From contig OY771506.1 in assembly GCA_963674705.1 (NCBI GenBank), positions 992,001 to 1,056,000 of the forward strand: a DNA stretch of 64,000 bases, given 5' to 3'. The DNA is from Phycisphaeraceae bacterium. Lineage in GTDB: Bacteria; Planctomycetota; Phycisphaerae; Phycisphaerales; Phycisphaeraceae. The notes beneath the pieces were generated by a model, which saw only the letters and a list, made by a program, of their open reading frames with translations, was not told the origin of the DNA and ran no database searches. The translations under genes and the position numbers were made by a program. Of this stretch, positions 1 to 9,800 are shown in pieces (position 1 is the first letter of the stretch; every line of letters starts with the position of its first letter).

Positions 1-954
1 GATGCCGATGAGGATCGGGCGCATACCGTTGCGGACGAGTACGGCTGTGCGGCATATACGTGTGTCGATGCGATGCTGGCGGCCCACCCGGATATCAAAG
101 CGGTAACCGTCGCGGTTCCTACACAATACCACCGGGCGGCCGCCGAGCCGTTACTTGAACGTCGTATCGCCTGCCTGATCGAGAAGCCGTTGGCGCCTTC
201 GATCGCAGACGCACATGCCCTGGTCGATTGTGCGGACAGGCACAAGGCGGTGCTTCAGGTCGGTCACACCGAGCGTTTCAACCCGGCCGTCCGCGCCGCC
301 GAGGCATTGAACTTCAAGGCACGATTTCTGGAAGTCGATCGCGTGAGCCCGATGACGTTCCGCTCGCTGGATGTGGGTGTCGTGATGGACATGATGATCC
401 ACGACCTGGATATCGTGCTGATGCTCGCCAAGAGCCCGATCAAGAAAGTGGAGGCGGCGGGCGTGGCGGTGCTGGGCAGCCATGAAGACGTGGCGGGAGC
501 ACGTATCGTTTTTGAGAACGGTTGTGTCGCGAACATTAAAGCCTCGCGCCTTGCGTTGAAAACCGAGCGCAAGCTGCGCGTCTTTTCGGAGAACGGCTAC
601 ATCAGCCTTAACTACCAGTCGCGTGAAGGCATCGTCATCCATACGACCGGTGACAACAGCGAGGCGCTTTTGAAGATCCGTGAACAAGTCGCCCAGGGAT
701 TGGACCTGTCCGACCTCGACTACCACGACCTGATCCAGGTGGAAGAACTGACGTTCGACCTGCCGCCGGGCGAAGAGGACCAACTTACCGCCGAGCAAAG
801 AAACTTCCTGCATGCGGCCTGCCATGGCAGCCGGCCCGCAGTTGACGGTGCAGCCGGTTACGCCGCTGTCGACGCCGCCGAGCGCGTGATCCGCGCGATC
901 AAAGAGCATACGTGGGAAGGTTTGGAAGGATCGTCATTGATACTGGATAGTTGA
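1..954 (+). CDS. Gfo/Idh/MocA family oxidoreductase (5' truncated by window edge)
   Basis: Frame is open from base 1; motifs VAVPT..H, LIEKPLA, QVGHTERFNP, DMMIHDLD typical of Gfo/Idh/MocA. Confidence 0.9.
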   Translation, partial: DADEDRAHTVADEYGCAAYTCVDAMLAAHPDIKAVTVAVPTQYHRAAAEPLLERRIACLIEKPLAPSIADAHALVDCADRHKAVLQVGHTERFNPAVRAAEALNFKARFLEVDRVSPMTFRSLDVGVVMDMMIHDLDIVLMLAKSPIKKVEAAGVAVLGSHEDVAGARIVFENGCVANIKASRLALKTERKLRVFSENGYISLNYQSREGIVIHTTGDNSEALLKIREQVAQGLDLSDLDYHDLIQVEELTFDLPPGEEDQLTAEQRNFLHAACHGSRPAVDGAAGYAAVDAAERVIRAIKEHTWEGLEGSSLILDS

Positions 955-982
955 TTTGGAAGAAGCGATGAAGTGTGAGTGC

Positions 983-1093
983 TGAATTTATGATTTGGGA
1001 TGTGTGATTTATAATTTACATGCGCAGGTCGACACCGGATGCCGCCCTGTTTTATTTTCTGCTTTCCCAATTTTCTGCTTTTCTGATTTTTCC
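983..1093. repeat. Bipartite short-repeat tract: degenerate 7-mers (TGATTTR) then 8-mers (TTTTCTGC-like)
   Basis: tgaattta-tgatttg-ggatgtg-tgattt..., then ttttctgc-tttcccaa-ttttctgc-ttttctga immediately before ATG 1096. Confidence 0.6.
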
Positions 1094-1095
1094 TC

Positions 1096-2406
1096 ATGGC
1101 CCTGCCTACCATCATGCTACTGAGCCTGCCGGTGCTGCTTGTGCTCAGCGGTTTTTTTTCCGGCAGTGAAACGGCGCTGTTCAGTTTGTCACAACACGAG
1201 CGGCTGAAGATGCAGGCGTCGGGGACGCTCGCCGGCTCGGTCATCACGACGCTGCTTGCCGAAACACGATCGCTGCTCATCACGCTGCTCTTGGGCAACA
1301 TGACCGTGAATGTGCTGTACTTCGTGATCAGCACGCAGTTGCTTATCTATGCAGGTAAAAATGAACTGGTTGCTCCATGGTTGCTGGGCGTGGCGAGTCT
1401 TGCGCCGCTGCTGCTGATCATCCTGCTGGGCGAAGTGTTGCCTAAACTGATCGCGGCGCGTTCCGCGGCCATGTGTGCAAGCCTCGCGGCCGTACCGCTT
1501 CTGACCGTCCACCGTGTGTTGACGCCGATCAGGCTTATCGCCTCGGGCCTGATTATCACACCACTTGCACGCCTGATCGCGCCATCCAAACGCCCCGAAG
1601 CCCTGACGCCGGACGAACTGGAAACCCTGCTGGACCTCAGCCGAAAGCAAGGCGTGATCGATCCACAGGAACAACGCATGCTCCGACAGGTGCTCGAACT
1701 GGGTCAGGTCAAAGTAGATGAACTGAAAACGCCACGCGTCGATATCGAGGCGTTTGACCTTAATGATGATCCGTCTGAATTAACCGATCTTTTCAAACGT
1801 ACAAACCTGCGGCAGGTCCCCGCTTATCGTGGTGACCTTGACCATATCGAGGGCTTTATCACCGCGCGCCGTGCGCTGCTTTACCCGCCGGGTTCTCGAT
1901 TGGAAATAAACACGCTGATCGAACCCACCATGTTTGTGCCACAGCAGCAGCGAGCCGACCAGTTGCTTGCCCAGTTCCGTGAAGAAGCCAAGACGATTGC
2001 CGTCGTGGTTGATGAATACGGCGGGACGGCGGGGCTGATCACCATCGAAGATGTCGCGGAGCACCTGGTCGGCGACATCGCCGGCGCGTACTACGACGGC
2101 TCCGAGTTGATGGTCGAACAGGTCGAGCCCGGTTGCTGGCGCGTCAGCGCAGAACTATCTACGCGCGATTGGGCGCAGGCATTCGGACAGATCGTGCCGG
2201 CCGACGTGCTTAAAACACTGGGCGCGGTCCATACGCTGGGCGGGTTGGTCATGGCCGGACTCGGTCGGGCTGCGGAGATCGGCGATCAACTGACGATCGG
2301 CAACCTCGAGCTGCAAGTCGATTCGCTAGACGGCCGACGCATCGAATACATCACCGTCCGGCTCGCGGGCGCCACGCCAAGCAACAAGGGGGCTAGCGAT
2401 GATTGA
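1096..2406 (+). CDS. CNNM/CorB-type (DUF21 + 2xCBS + CorC) Mg2+ transport / 'hemolysin' family protein
   Basis: SGFFSGSETALFS, LLGNMTVN, GEVLPK, TPRVDI, VVDEYGGTAGLITIED, TLGGLV. Confidence 0.9.
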   Translation: MALPTIMLLSLPVLLVLSGFFSGSETALFSLSQHERLKMQASGTLAGSVITTLLAETRSLLITLLLGNMTVNVLYFVISTQLLIYAGKNELVAPWLLGVASLAPLLLIILLGEVLPKLIAARSAAMCASLAAVPLLTVHRVLTPIRLIASGLIITPLARLIAPSKRPEALTPDELETLLDLSRKQGVIDPQEQRMLRQVLELGQVKVDELKTPRVDIEAFDLNDDPSELTDLFKRTNLRQVPAYRGDLDHIEGFITARRALLYPPGSRLEINTLIEPTMFVPQQQRADQLLAQFREEAKTIAVVVDEYGGTAGLITIEDVAEHLVGDIAGAYYDGSELMVEQVEPGCWRVSAELSTRDWAQAFGQIVPADVLKTLGAVHTLGGLVMAGLGRAAEIGDQLTIGNLELQVDSLDGRRIEYITVRLAGATPSNKGASDD

Positions 2407-3394
2407 CCTACAGATCATCATCTGGTCGCTGTTGATGCTCGTCGGCTTCGCGGGTTCGGCGTTGTACTCCGGCATGGAGACCGGCGCGTACAGCCTTAAC
2501 CGTATCAGGCTGCATGTGTTGACCCAACACGGCGTACATTCGGCACGCACACTCGATTATCTGCTGGCACGCCCCACCACGCTGCTGACCACCCTGCTGA
2601 TAGGCAATAACATCACCAACTACCTCGGTGCTGCGGCTTTGGGGGTGATCCTGGAAACCATGGCATTCGGCGAGTGGGAAGTCATCCTGCTTAATGCGCT
2701 GATCGTCACGCCGATCCTGTTCGTGGTCGGTGAAACGCTGCCGAAGGACCTGTTCGCTGTGCACTGCGATCGGCTTATGTACAAGCTGGCGCCGGCGCTT
2801 AACTTCTCTCGGCTGCTGTTTACCTATACAGGGTTCGTGCCGTTGATTTCGTTATTCAGCGGCGCCGCGATGAAAGCGATCGGGCAGGACCCACGTTCAC
2901 CGGCGTTTCACCCGCGCCGACAAGTCAGCCTGCTCGTGCGCGAGGGTGTGGGATACGGTCTGCTAAGTCATGAACAATCCGTGCTGGCCAGCCGGGTACT
3001 GAAGCTTTCCGATCAGACGGTGCAGGACAAGATGCTGCCTTGGACCAGTGTTGAACGCCTGCGAATGCAGGATGGTCCGGAGGCGATCTGGCACATGGCT
3101 CAACGCATTACACATTCGCACGTACCCGTGCTGGAGCGCAGCGGCGAAGTCGCCGGCGTGCTCCGCATCAATGATGCGCTGATCTACGGGAAAGACAACT
3201 GCCCCCCCATCACGGAATTGATTAAACCCGCGCACACCCTGTCACAGGATTTGCCTATCCGCGAGGCACTAAGTGATATTAAGCGACACACATCAGGCCT
3301 GGCGATTGTGATGGGCAAGGCGGATCAACCCATCGGCATCGTCACCATCAAAGACCTGATCGAATCCATCACCGGAGAATTGAGGCAGTGGTGA
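2399..3394 (+). CDS. Second CNNM (DUF21 + CBS) protein lacking the CorC domain
   Basis: SALYSGMETG, LLIGNNITNY, GETLPK, GIVTIKDLIE; overlaps the upstream paralog by 8 nt. Confidence 0.88.
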   Translation: MIDLQIIIWSLLMLVGFAGSALYSGMETGAYSLNRIRLHVLTQHGVHSARTLDYLLARPTTLLTTLLIGNNITNYLGAAALGVILETMAFGEWEVILLNALIVTPILFVVGETLPKDLFAVHCDRLMYKLAPALNFSRLLFTYTGFVPLISLFSGAAMKAIGQDPRSPAFHPRRQVSLLVREGVGYGLLSHEQSVLASRVLKLSDQTVQDKMLPWTSVERLRMQDGPEAIWHMAQRITHSHVPVLERSGEVAGVLRINDALIYGKDNCPPITELIKPAHTLSQDLPIREALSDIKRHTSGLAIVMGKADQPIGIVTIKDLIESITGELRQW

Positions 3395-3419
3395 GCAATA
3401 GGCTTGAGGCGTGTAACTT

Positions 3420-3528
3420 GATTTATGATTTAGGATGGATGATTGATGATTTGTGGTAAAAGCCCGGCACGATAGTACTGTATTTTATTTCTGCTTTTCT
3501 GGTTTTTCTGCGTTTCCTGCTTTTTCTT
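3420..3528. repeat. Bipartite short-repeat tract (7-mers, then TTTTCTG 8-mers)
   Basis: tttatga-tttagga-tggatga-ttgatga-tttgtgg ... tttctgc-ttttctgg-ttttctgc-gtttcctgc directly before ATG 3529; same layout as 983-1093. Confidence 0.6.
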
Positions 3529-4167
3529 ATGTGGTCCACCGCTGACATTGCCGACGCCATCGAAGCCGGATTGAAGCGCTGCGCTGATGAGGCCGACCTT
3601 GAGCAGGCGGTATACGGCATCGACGCGCTGGATGAACTGGGATTACACCCGTTAATCGAACGCGCTCTACAGGATCATGACTTCGGCGTGCTGCGTGAGC
3701 AGCGGTATCCGGACGATCGGCATAAAACCCGCCGCAGCGAGGGGCAGCGTTGCGACATCGTACTCACGCCCAATGGTCTGCCGCTGCGCGATCCGCTGAT
3801 TAAAGGCACGCTCTTCGATGATGCGCCGGCCGCCGATCCGGATGAGGCTTACTGGCTGGAGGTCAAGAGTGTCGCGCAGTTCGAGACGTCCGGGCCTTTT
3901 CCAAGATACGCTTCTGAATTGCTCTCGCCGGTCGTGAAGGACATCAAGAAGGTATGGTCCGACGGTATCATCCGCCATGGCGGGTTGCTGCTGGTGCTTT
4001 TCACCATGAACCAGGAGGTCGCCGAACACGACCTGGCAACCTGGCACACACGCTGTCTGGATAAGGGTTATCCGGTCGGCACACCGGCCGTGCGCGGGTT
4101 CGAATTGAACGATCGCATCGGCAACGGGTGGTGTGCTATCGCTTTATTCGGTATACGCGGGGGCTAA
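3529..4167 (+). CDS. Hypothetical protein with PD-(D/E)XK nuclease-like motif
   Basis: Helix DELGLHPLIERAL, then RCDIVL and YWLEVKS (D...E-x-K). Confidence 0.6.
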   Translation: MWSTADIADAIEAGLKRCADEADLEQAVYGIDALDELGLHPLIERALQDHDFGVLREQRYPDDRHKTRRSEGQRCDIVLTPNGLPLRDPLIKGTLFDDAPAADPDEAYWLEVKSVAQFETSGPFPRYASELLSPVVKDIKKVWSDGIIRHGGLLLVLFTMNQEVAEHDLATWHTRCLDKGYPVGTPAVRGFELNDRIGNGWCAIALFGIRGG

Positions 4168-4234
4168 CCCGATCTTCACCCACATTCAACTTATCGAATA
4201 TGGTAGAATCGCCGATCCCCCGAATGAGCCCGCC

Positions 4235-6331
4235 ATGCAATCCCCCACTGAACCCAACGAACACCGAATGACTGAGTCCGCACGCCTGTGGAGCAGGCGT
4301 CTGAGCGCAGCGGTTCTGGTGGGTGTGCTCGCCGGGTTGGGGGCGGCGGTGCTGGAATGGATCATCGAGGAAGGATCGTCCCTGCTGGTCGGGCGCTTCA
4401 CACATGTCAGCGGACCGGATGTGATCCACTTCGACTGGCGTGTGTTGCTGCTGCCGGCGGTGGGATGTCTGGTCGCGGGGCTGATCGTGCAATTGTTTGC
4501 AGGCGACGAGAAGGGGCACGGCGTAGACCAACTCACGCGGGCCTTTCACCAGCGGCTCGGTCGGATGAAGTTCCGCAATCCATCGATCAAGACCGCAGCG
4601 ACCGGGCTGGTGATTTCCTGTGGCGGATCGGTCGGGCCGGAGGGGCCTATCGCAGCGATGGGTTCGGCGATCGGCGCTACCGTCGCAAAGTATGCCAGAT
4701 TCTCACCACGCGAAACACGCATCCTACTGCTTGCCGGTTGTGCCGCAGGCATCGGCGCGATCTTCCGTTGTCCGTTGGGCGGCGCACTGTTTGCCACGGG
4801 CATCATCTACCGCGAGCCGGAATTTGAATCCAACGCGATTGTCAGCTCGTTTGTCGCATCTGTGATCGGTTATTCAACGTATGTTTCTATCTGGGGCGCC
4901 GATCATCCGCTGCTGGCATCGGTCGATACGTTGACATATGACTCCCCAACCTATCTGTTCTGGTACGTGATACTTGGCCCGCTCTGCGGTCTGGCGGCGA
5001 TCTTGTTTTCCATTTCGCTGCGTTTCGTCGAAAACTGGGCGGTGCCACGTTCAGGTTTACCACGCTGGGCAACGGCGGCTCTTGGCGGGCTCGTCACCGG
5101 TGTGCTTGCGTGCCTGTTGCCACAGGTCATGGACGGCCGACACGGCTTTCTCGAACATGCGATCAACGGCTCGATCTTTACTGATGCAAGTCGAAGCTGG
5201 GCGATGTGGACCGGACTGCTTGTATTGATGATCCTGGCGAAGATCTTCGCCACCGCGGCAACCGTCGGCAGCGGCGCTCCGGGCGGGGTGCTCGGTCCTT
5301 CCGTATTCATCGGCGGCATCATCGGCGCGGCACTCGGCGCATTCGGTATGGCGATGTTCCCCGAGAGCTTCAGCGAACCGCTGCGTGAATCACTGATCCC
5401 GGTCGGGATGGCGGGCGTTCTTGCCGCCACGATGCGTACGCCGTTGGCCGCCATCGTCATGGTCGCGGAGATGACCGGCAGCCACGGGTTGATCGCGCCA
5501 CTGATGCTTGTGTGTGTCACCAGCTACGTCATCGGACGCCGTTGGGGGCTCAACGATGAACAGGTCCCCACTGCCGCACACTCACCCGTCCACGCCGCCG
5601 ACCCCGTCCTGCACCTGCTCGATACGGTGAAGGTCGGCTCGATCATGCAGAAGGACTGGCCGATGGTCGCCGGACCGGATCAGCCGCTTGATGAATTGGT
5701 CAGTAAGGCCGAACCGGGCACGCGCCCCGTGGTCGCAGTCATACGAGATGAGCAACTCATCGGCCTGATCACCGCGTCCGACCTCGGCGCGATCCTCGCT
5801 TCACCCGAGTTGCCCCCCTTCCTCGTGGCTGAAGACGCGATGACAACCAGGCTCAGCACGCTCTACCCGGATGACAGCCTATACGACACGCTGGACCTTT
5901 TCGATCGAACCGCCTACGAGGTCTTGCCCGTGGTCAGCCGTGGTCGGGATCGGCGGTGGTTAGGCATGTTGTCGCGTGCCCAGGTCGCATCGATCCTGCG
6001 GACGGAAATGGAGCGCGTCAGCCGGGCCGTTGCCAAGGAACACGCCGGCCTGCGTGCCTTGCAGACCGATGTGCGCGTCGAACAATTGCTCATGACGATG
6101 CCACAGGAGGACGTGAAGGTCCAGCGCCTGTTCGTCCCGATCGACGTGGTCGGCAAAACGCTGCGCGAATGCCAGTTCCGCAACCGTTACAACGCCGACG
6201 TCATCGCCATTGAAGAACGCGACGGCTCCATCAAATGCCCGCCCCCGATCGATATCCCACTGAAAACCGAGCATCGTCTGCTGGCGGTCGTGCATAAGAA
6301 ACTTGAATCACAAGAAACACGAATCGATTGA
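4235..6331 (+). CDS. ClC family chloride channel/antiporter with CBS pair and C-terminal TrkA-C (RCK-C) domain
   Basis: GGSVGPEGP, AGIGAIFRCPLGG, GGVLGPS, RTPLAAIVMVAEMTG; CBS motifs; VGKTLRECQFRNRYNADVIAIER. Start 4235 or 4268. Confidence 0.88.
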   Translation: MQSPTEPNEHRMTESARLWSRRLSAAVLVGVLAGLGAAVLEWIIEEGSSLLVGRFTHVSGPDVIHFDWRVLLLPAVGCLVAGLIVQLFAGDEKGHGVDQLTRAFHQRLGRMKFRNPSIKTAATGLVISCGGSVGPEGPIAAMGSAIGATVAKYARFSPRETRILLLAGCAAGIGAIFRCPLGGALFATGIIYREPEFESNAIVSSFVASVIGYSTYVSIWGADHPLLASVDTLTYDSPTYLFWYVILGPLCGLAAILFSISLRFVENWAVPRSGLPRWATAALGGLVTGVLACLLPQVMDGRHGFLEHAINGSIFTDASRSWAMWTGLLVLMILAKIFATAATVGSGAPGGVLGPSVFIGGIIGAALGAFGMAMFPESFSEPLRESLIPVGMAGVLAATMRTPLAAIVMVAEMTGSHGLIAPLMLVCVTSYVIGRRWGLNDEQVPTAAHSPVHAADPVLHLLDTVKVGSIMQKDWPMVAGPDQPLDELVSKAEPGTRPVVAVIRDEQLIGLITASDLGAILASPELPPFLVAEDAMTTRLSTLYPDDSLYDTLDLFDRTAYEVLPVVSRGRDRRWLGMLSRAQVASILRTEMERVSRAVAKEHAGLRALQTDVRVEQLLMTMPQEDVKVQRLFVPIDVVGKTLRECQFRNRYNADVIAIEERDGSIKCPPPIDIPLKTEHRLLAVVHKKLESQETRID

Positions 6332-6346
6332 ATCGGTCGAGTAATT

Positions 6347-6715
6347 TTACTTCGTACGATCCGCAGCATTCAGCTTCAACTCGCCGAACTTTTCTTCATA
6401 ACCGCGCACGATCTGGCCGAGCGAGAGGGCGAGGCGCTTGGCGGTGTAGTAGTTCAGGACCAGGCGGTTGTTGACCTGGAAGAGGATGTCCCCCGCGACG
6501 TCGCTGCTCTGGGCTTGCGGATTGGGAACGACCATGTTCAGGCCAAGGTCGACGATCACTTCTTCGCTGGTCGCGTTTGTTTTGAACGCATTGGCATAGT
6601 TACTGCTCATGCCGGACTGGTCGACTCTTAAACGTACCTGTTTACCCATCTGTTGCTGGGCTTGTGCTTCGGGTGAATCGCCGCCGGCCGGCACTTGATC
6701 TGATTTATCCGCCAT
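6347..6715 (-). CDS. DUF3467-like protein
   Basis: YANAF...EEVIVDLG...RLVLNYYTAKRLALSL...YEEKFGEL pattern. Confidence 0.75.
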   Translation of the reverse strand: MADKSDQVPAGGDSPEAQAQQQMGKQVRLRVDQSGMSSNYANAFKTNATSEEVIVDLGLNMVVPNPQAQSSDVAGDILFQVNNRLVLNYYTAKRLALSLGQIVRGYEEKFGELKLNAADRTK

Positions 6716-6790
6716 GTTTGATCTCACAATCCTTTACGGGGTTTGTAACACACTAAAATGTTTGCCCGGGGTGCGGGCGTTTTGATTTAA

Positions 6791-6831
6791 CGAGCCCTCT
6801 CGGATCATCGTATGTGATACGAGAGGGCTCG
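6791..6831. terminator. Strong hairpin downstream of the giant gene (probable terminator)
   Basis: cgagccctctcg ... cgagagggctcg 12-bp perfect stem about 50 nt after the stop at 6883; U-tract is weak. Confidence 0.55.
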
Positions 6832-6882
6832 CATTTGTAACCTGGTTTTCAATCAACCGACGAGTAGAGTCAAGCTCCGTTA

Positions 6883-9800
6883 TCAGGCAACTTCACTTTC
6901 CCAGAGGCCCAGCGTCGGCTCAAACTTCTCTTCATCGCTCTGCCCAAAGGCGGATCTTACCGGGGCCTGCCGCCAACCGGTTACTGTTGTGGTCTGCTGC
7001 TGGGTTTGCTTCTGCTGTTGTTGAGTCTGACGCTGCTGTTGCAGCTGCTGCTGTTGCGTTTGCTGAGCAGGTTTACGTGTCTGGGTTTGTTGTTGGGTTT
7101 GTTGTTGCGTTTGTTGCTGTTGTTGTTGACTCTGACCTGTCGCGGCCTGGCTCTGAGTCTGCGTCTGGGTTTGTGACTGAGACTCCGACTGCTGCGAGCT
7201 GTTGGAAGCAAGTTCTTCGTCCTCACTCACAGACACAGCCTGAGCTACCGGCGGCGTGCCGGCGTTCCAGTTATTCAGCACGATATCCAAGTCTGTCAGA
7301 CCCACGTACCCATCACCGGACGGATCGCCGGACAGCCAATCACCCGCGGTGACGTACTGGTTCCAGTTGTTGAGGACGATGTCCAGATCATCCAGGCCCA
7401 CGAAGCCGTCACTATTGAGGTCGCCTGAGATAGGCTGAACGTCGATGCTGCCGGCGATGTAGTTGTAGGTCTTGCCGCCGAGATCGGTCGGGCCGTCAGC
7501 GGTGACGTTGGTGGTGCCGATCGACGCGGCGCCCGGGAGCACCGTGAAGTCGAGGATAGCCACTTCCCCGCCACCAGCGGGCATCGGGCCATCCGCACGG
7601 TAGAACGCGAGCTTGATCGTGCCGGCCAAATCATCGACGTTGGCCACGACATTCCACCCACCGGCGCCACTGAGCAGGCTGCCTAGTGAGACGTCGCCAT
7701 TGGTGATATCAAGCACGTCGGTGTCGTAGGCCAAGTCGATGTTGAACCCGAGCAGGCCGTCGGCATCATCGATGTTGATCGGAACGCTGACGGTGGTGCC
7801 GATGTTGGCAACCACACCGCTGGAGACCGTCAGGACCGGGTCTTCGCCGGGCACGCCGGCCGGTGCAACGGCAGGCAGGTCCGGGATCTCAGGCCGTGGC
7901 AACGCAACGGACTTCTGGGCGACGTAGGACGCGTCCAGGCCGTTGAGTGTGCCCGTGCCGGTGGAGTTCGCCAAGATGACCGGATCGGTCTTGTCGAAGG
8001 CATCGAAGCCCGTGACGAGGTCAACCACAACGCCCGAGATCAGGCTCGCATCCAGGCCGGAGAAGAAGAAGTCACCGTCGACATCACCAAGGTATGCGGC
8101 CTTGTGCAGGGCACGATCGCCCACCGAGTTGATGAAGCCGCCGTTCACCGCAACGCTCTGGAGGCGGATGACCTGAGCGCCACCGAACTCGGCAGAACTC
8201 GGGACATTTGCGGTCAAGGTAACGATCTGAACATCGCTGCCGCTGAGCGTCGTGATACCCGAGGTCGTGACCTTCAGATGGCCCGGCGAAACAAGGTTGT
8301 ATGTCACCGACCAGTCGCCCGGCAACGAAGCGCCAAGGCTGACGCCGGTGATATTCAACAGGGTTGCATCGAAGATGACATCGAAGTCCACGGCATTCAC
8401 GCCGGTGGCATCGTCCAGCGTCACCGGCAAGCCAAGACCTGTTGCAGGTACATCCACGGTCTGACCCGGGCCACGGGCGAAGTCCGGCAGGCTCAGGACA
8501 CGGTCCGTGCTGGCGGTCACCGTGAAGTTCATCACATAATTATCACCAGGCGTGCCATCGGAATTACCGTCAAGCAGCGCACCCGTACCGGCTTCCTTCA
8601 TGGCGTTAAGACCGCTGACCATGAATACGGTGTAGTTGCCGGCTTCGAGCACCCCACCGGTCTTGATCCAAGTGAGCTTGTTCGAGGACGGATTGAAGAT
8701 TGCTGAGCCGGCCACCTCGCCGCTGGTATCGACGACGTAGAGGTCCGCCAGTTCAACCGGTGCATCATACGAGTCGTACAGGTTGAACACACCCATATCA
8801 AGATCACCACTGAACACGGCCTCGAAGCCGCTGGCGTTCGTGGTGAAGTTCAGGACACGGAACGTGGTCGCGTTAACCGTGATCGTCGTCACTTCTTCGT
8901 ATGACCCGCCGTCCTTATCACGGATCCGGCCGCGGACGTCATACGTACCCGGGGTGGTCAGGTAAAGACCCGGAACGGTCGCGAAGTTCAACGACGAACC
9001 GATGATCTCGAACGTGCCGTCGTCGCCGAAGTCATAGTCATACACCAGCGAGGACGCATCGACCGGGGATGGGTCGCCCTGTGCGTACCAAGTGACGAAT
9101 CCCGCAGTTCCGGCATTGACCGGCCCGCCGTTGTCGAACGTGCCGTACGGATCGAGGTTATTGACCGACAACGGCAGGATGCCGGCGTTGGCGTGGATGC
9201 CATCCTCGTCGGTCAGTTCGACCGAAATCTGGCTGACGCCACCCGGGCCGTCCTGGTAGGTATGCGAGACCAGACCGCTCATCAGGGCGATCTGTGCCGA
9301 TGTGTAGACATCAAAGTTGCCGTCGCCCCAGATCACGCGGTACTGGATAACCGTGTCGTCGCCCGGATCGGTAACGGCGCCGATGCTCAACGTGTAGACA
9401 TCGGCCTCGTCCGTCGTGGCTGCACCGGACAGTGCAACCGTCGGCGCGACGTTATTAACAGTGGCTGTCAGCGAGTTGTCGGTCAACACGCCTGGGCCGG
9501 CATCTTCTTCAAGCGTCACGCTAATCGCGTAGACATACGGGCTGCCGCTTGGGACAGGACCGTTATCGTCATAGGTGTGGGTGATGCTCAGCGTGCTGAG
9601 GTCAAACACACCGGCGGGCACGGCAATGATATCCGTGTTGCCGTCGCCCCAATTGACCGTGAGAGTGTGATCCTGCGGTGAGTTGCTGAAGGTGCCCAAG
9701 AGCTGCACCGAGCTGCCCTCACCAATCGTCGCAACATCCAGCGAGACGGACAGACTCAGCAGGTCAGCGAAGTCGACGAAGCCAAGGTTGTTGTCGTCAC

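Noticed and set aside
1096..3394. Tandem CNNM paralogs as a novel system
   Set aside because: Paired DUF21-CBS genes are a common arrangement.
4500..4540. ClC signature GHGVD instead of GSGIP
   Set aside because: Variant commonly seen in bacterial CBS-containing ClC proteins; gating Glu (GPEGP) is retained.
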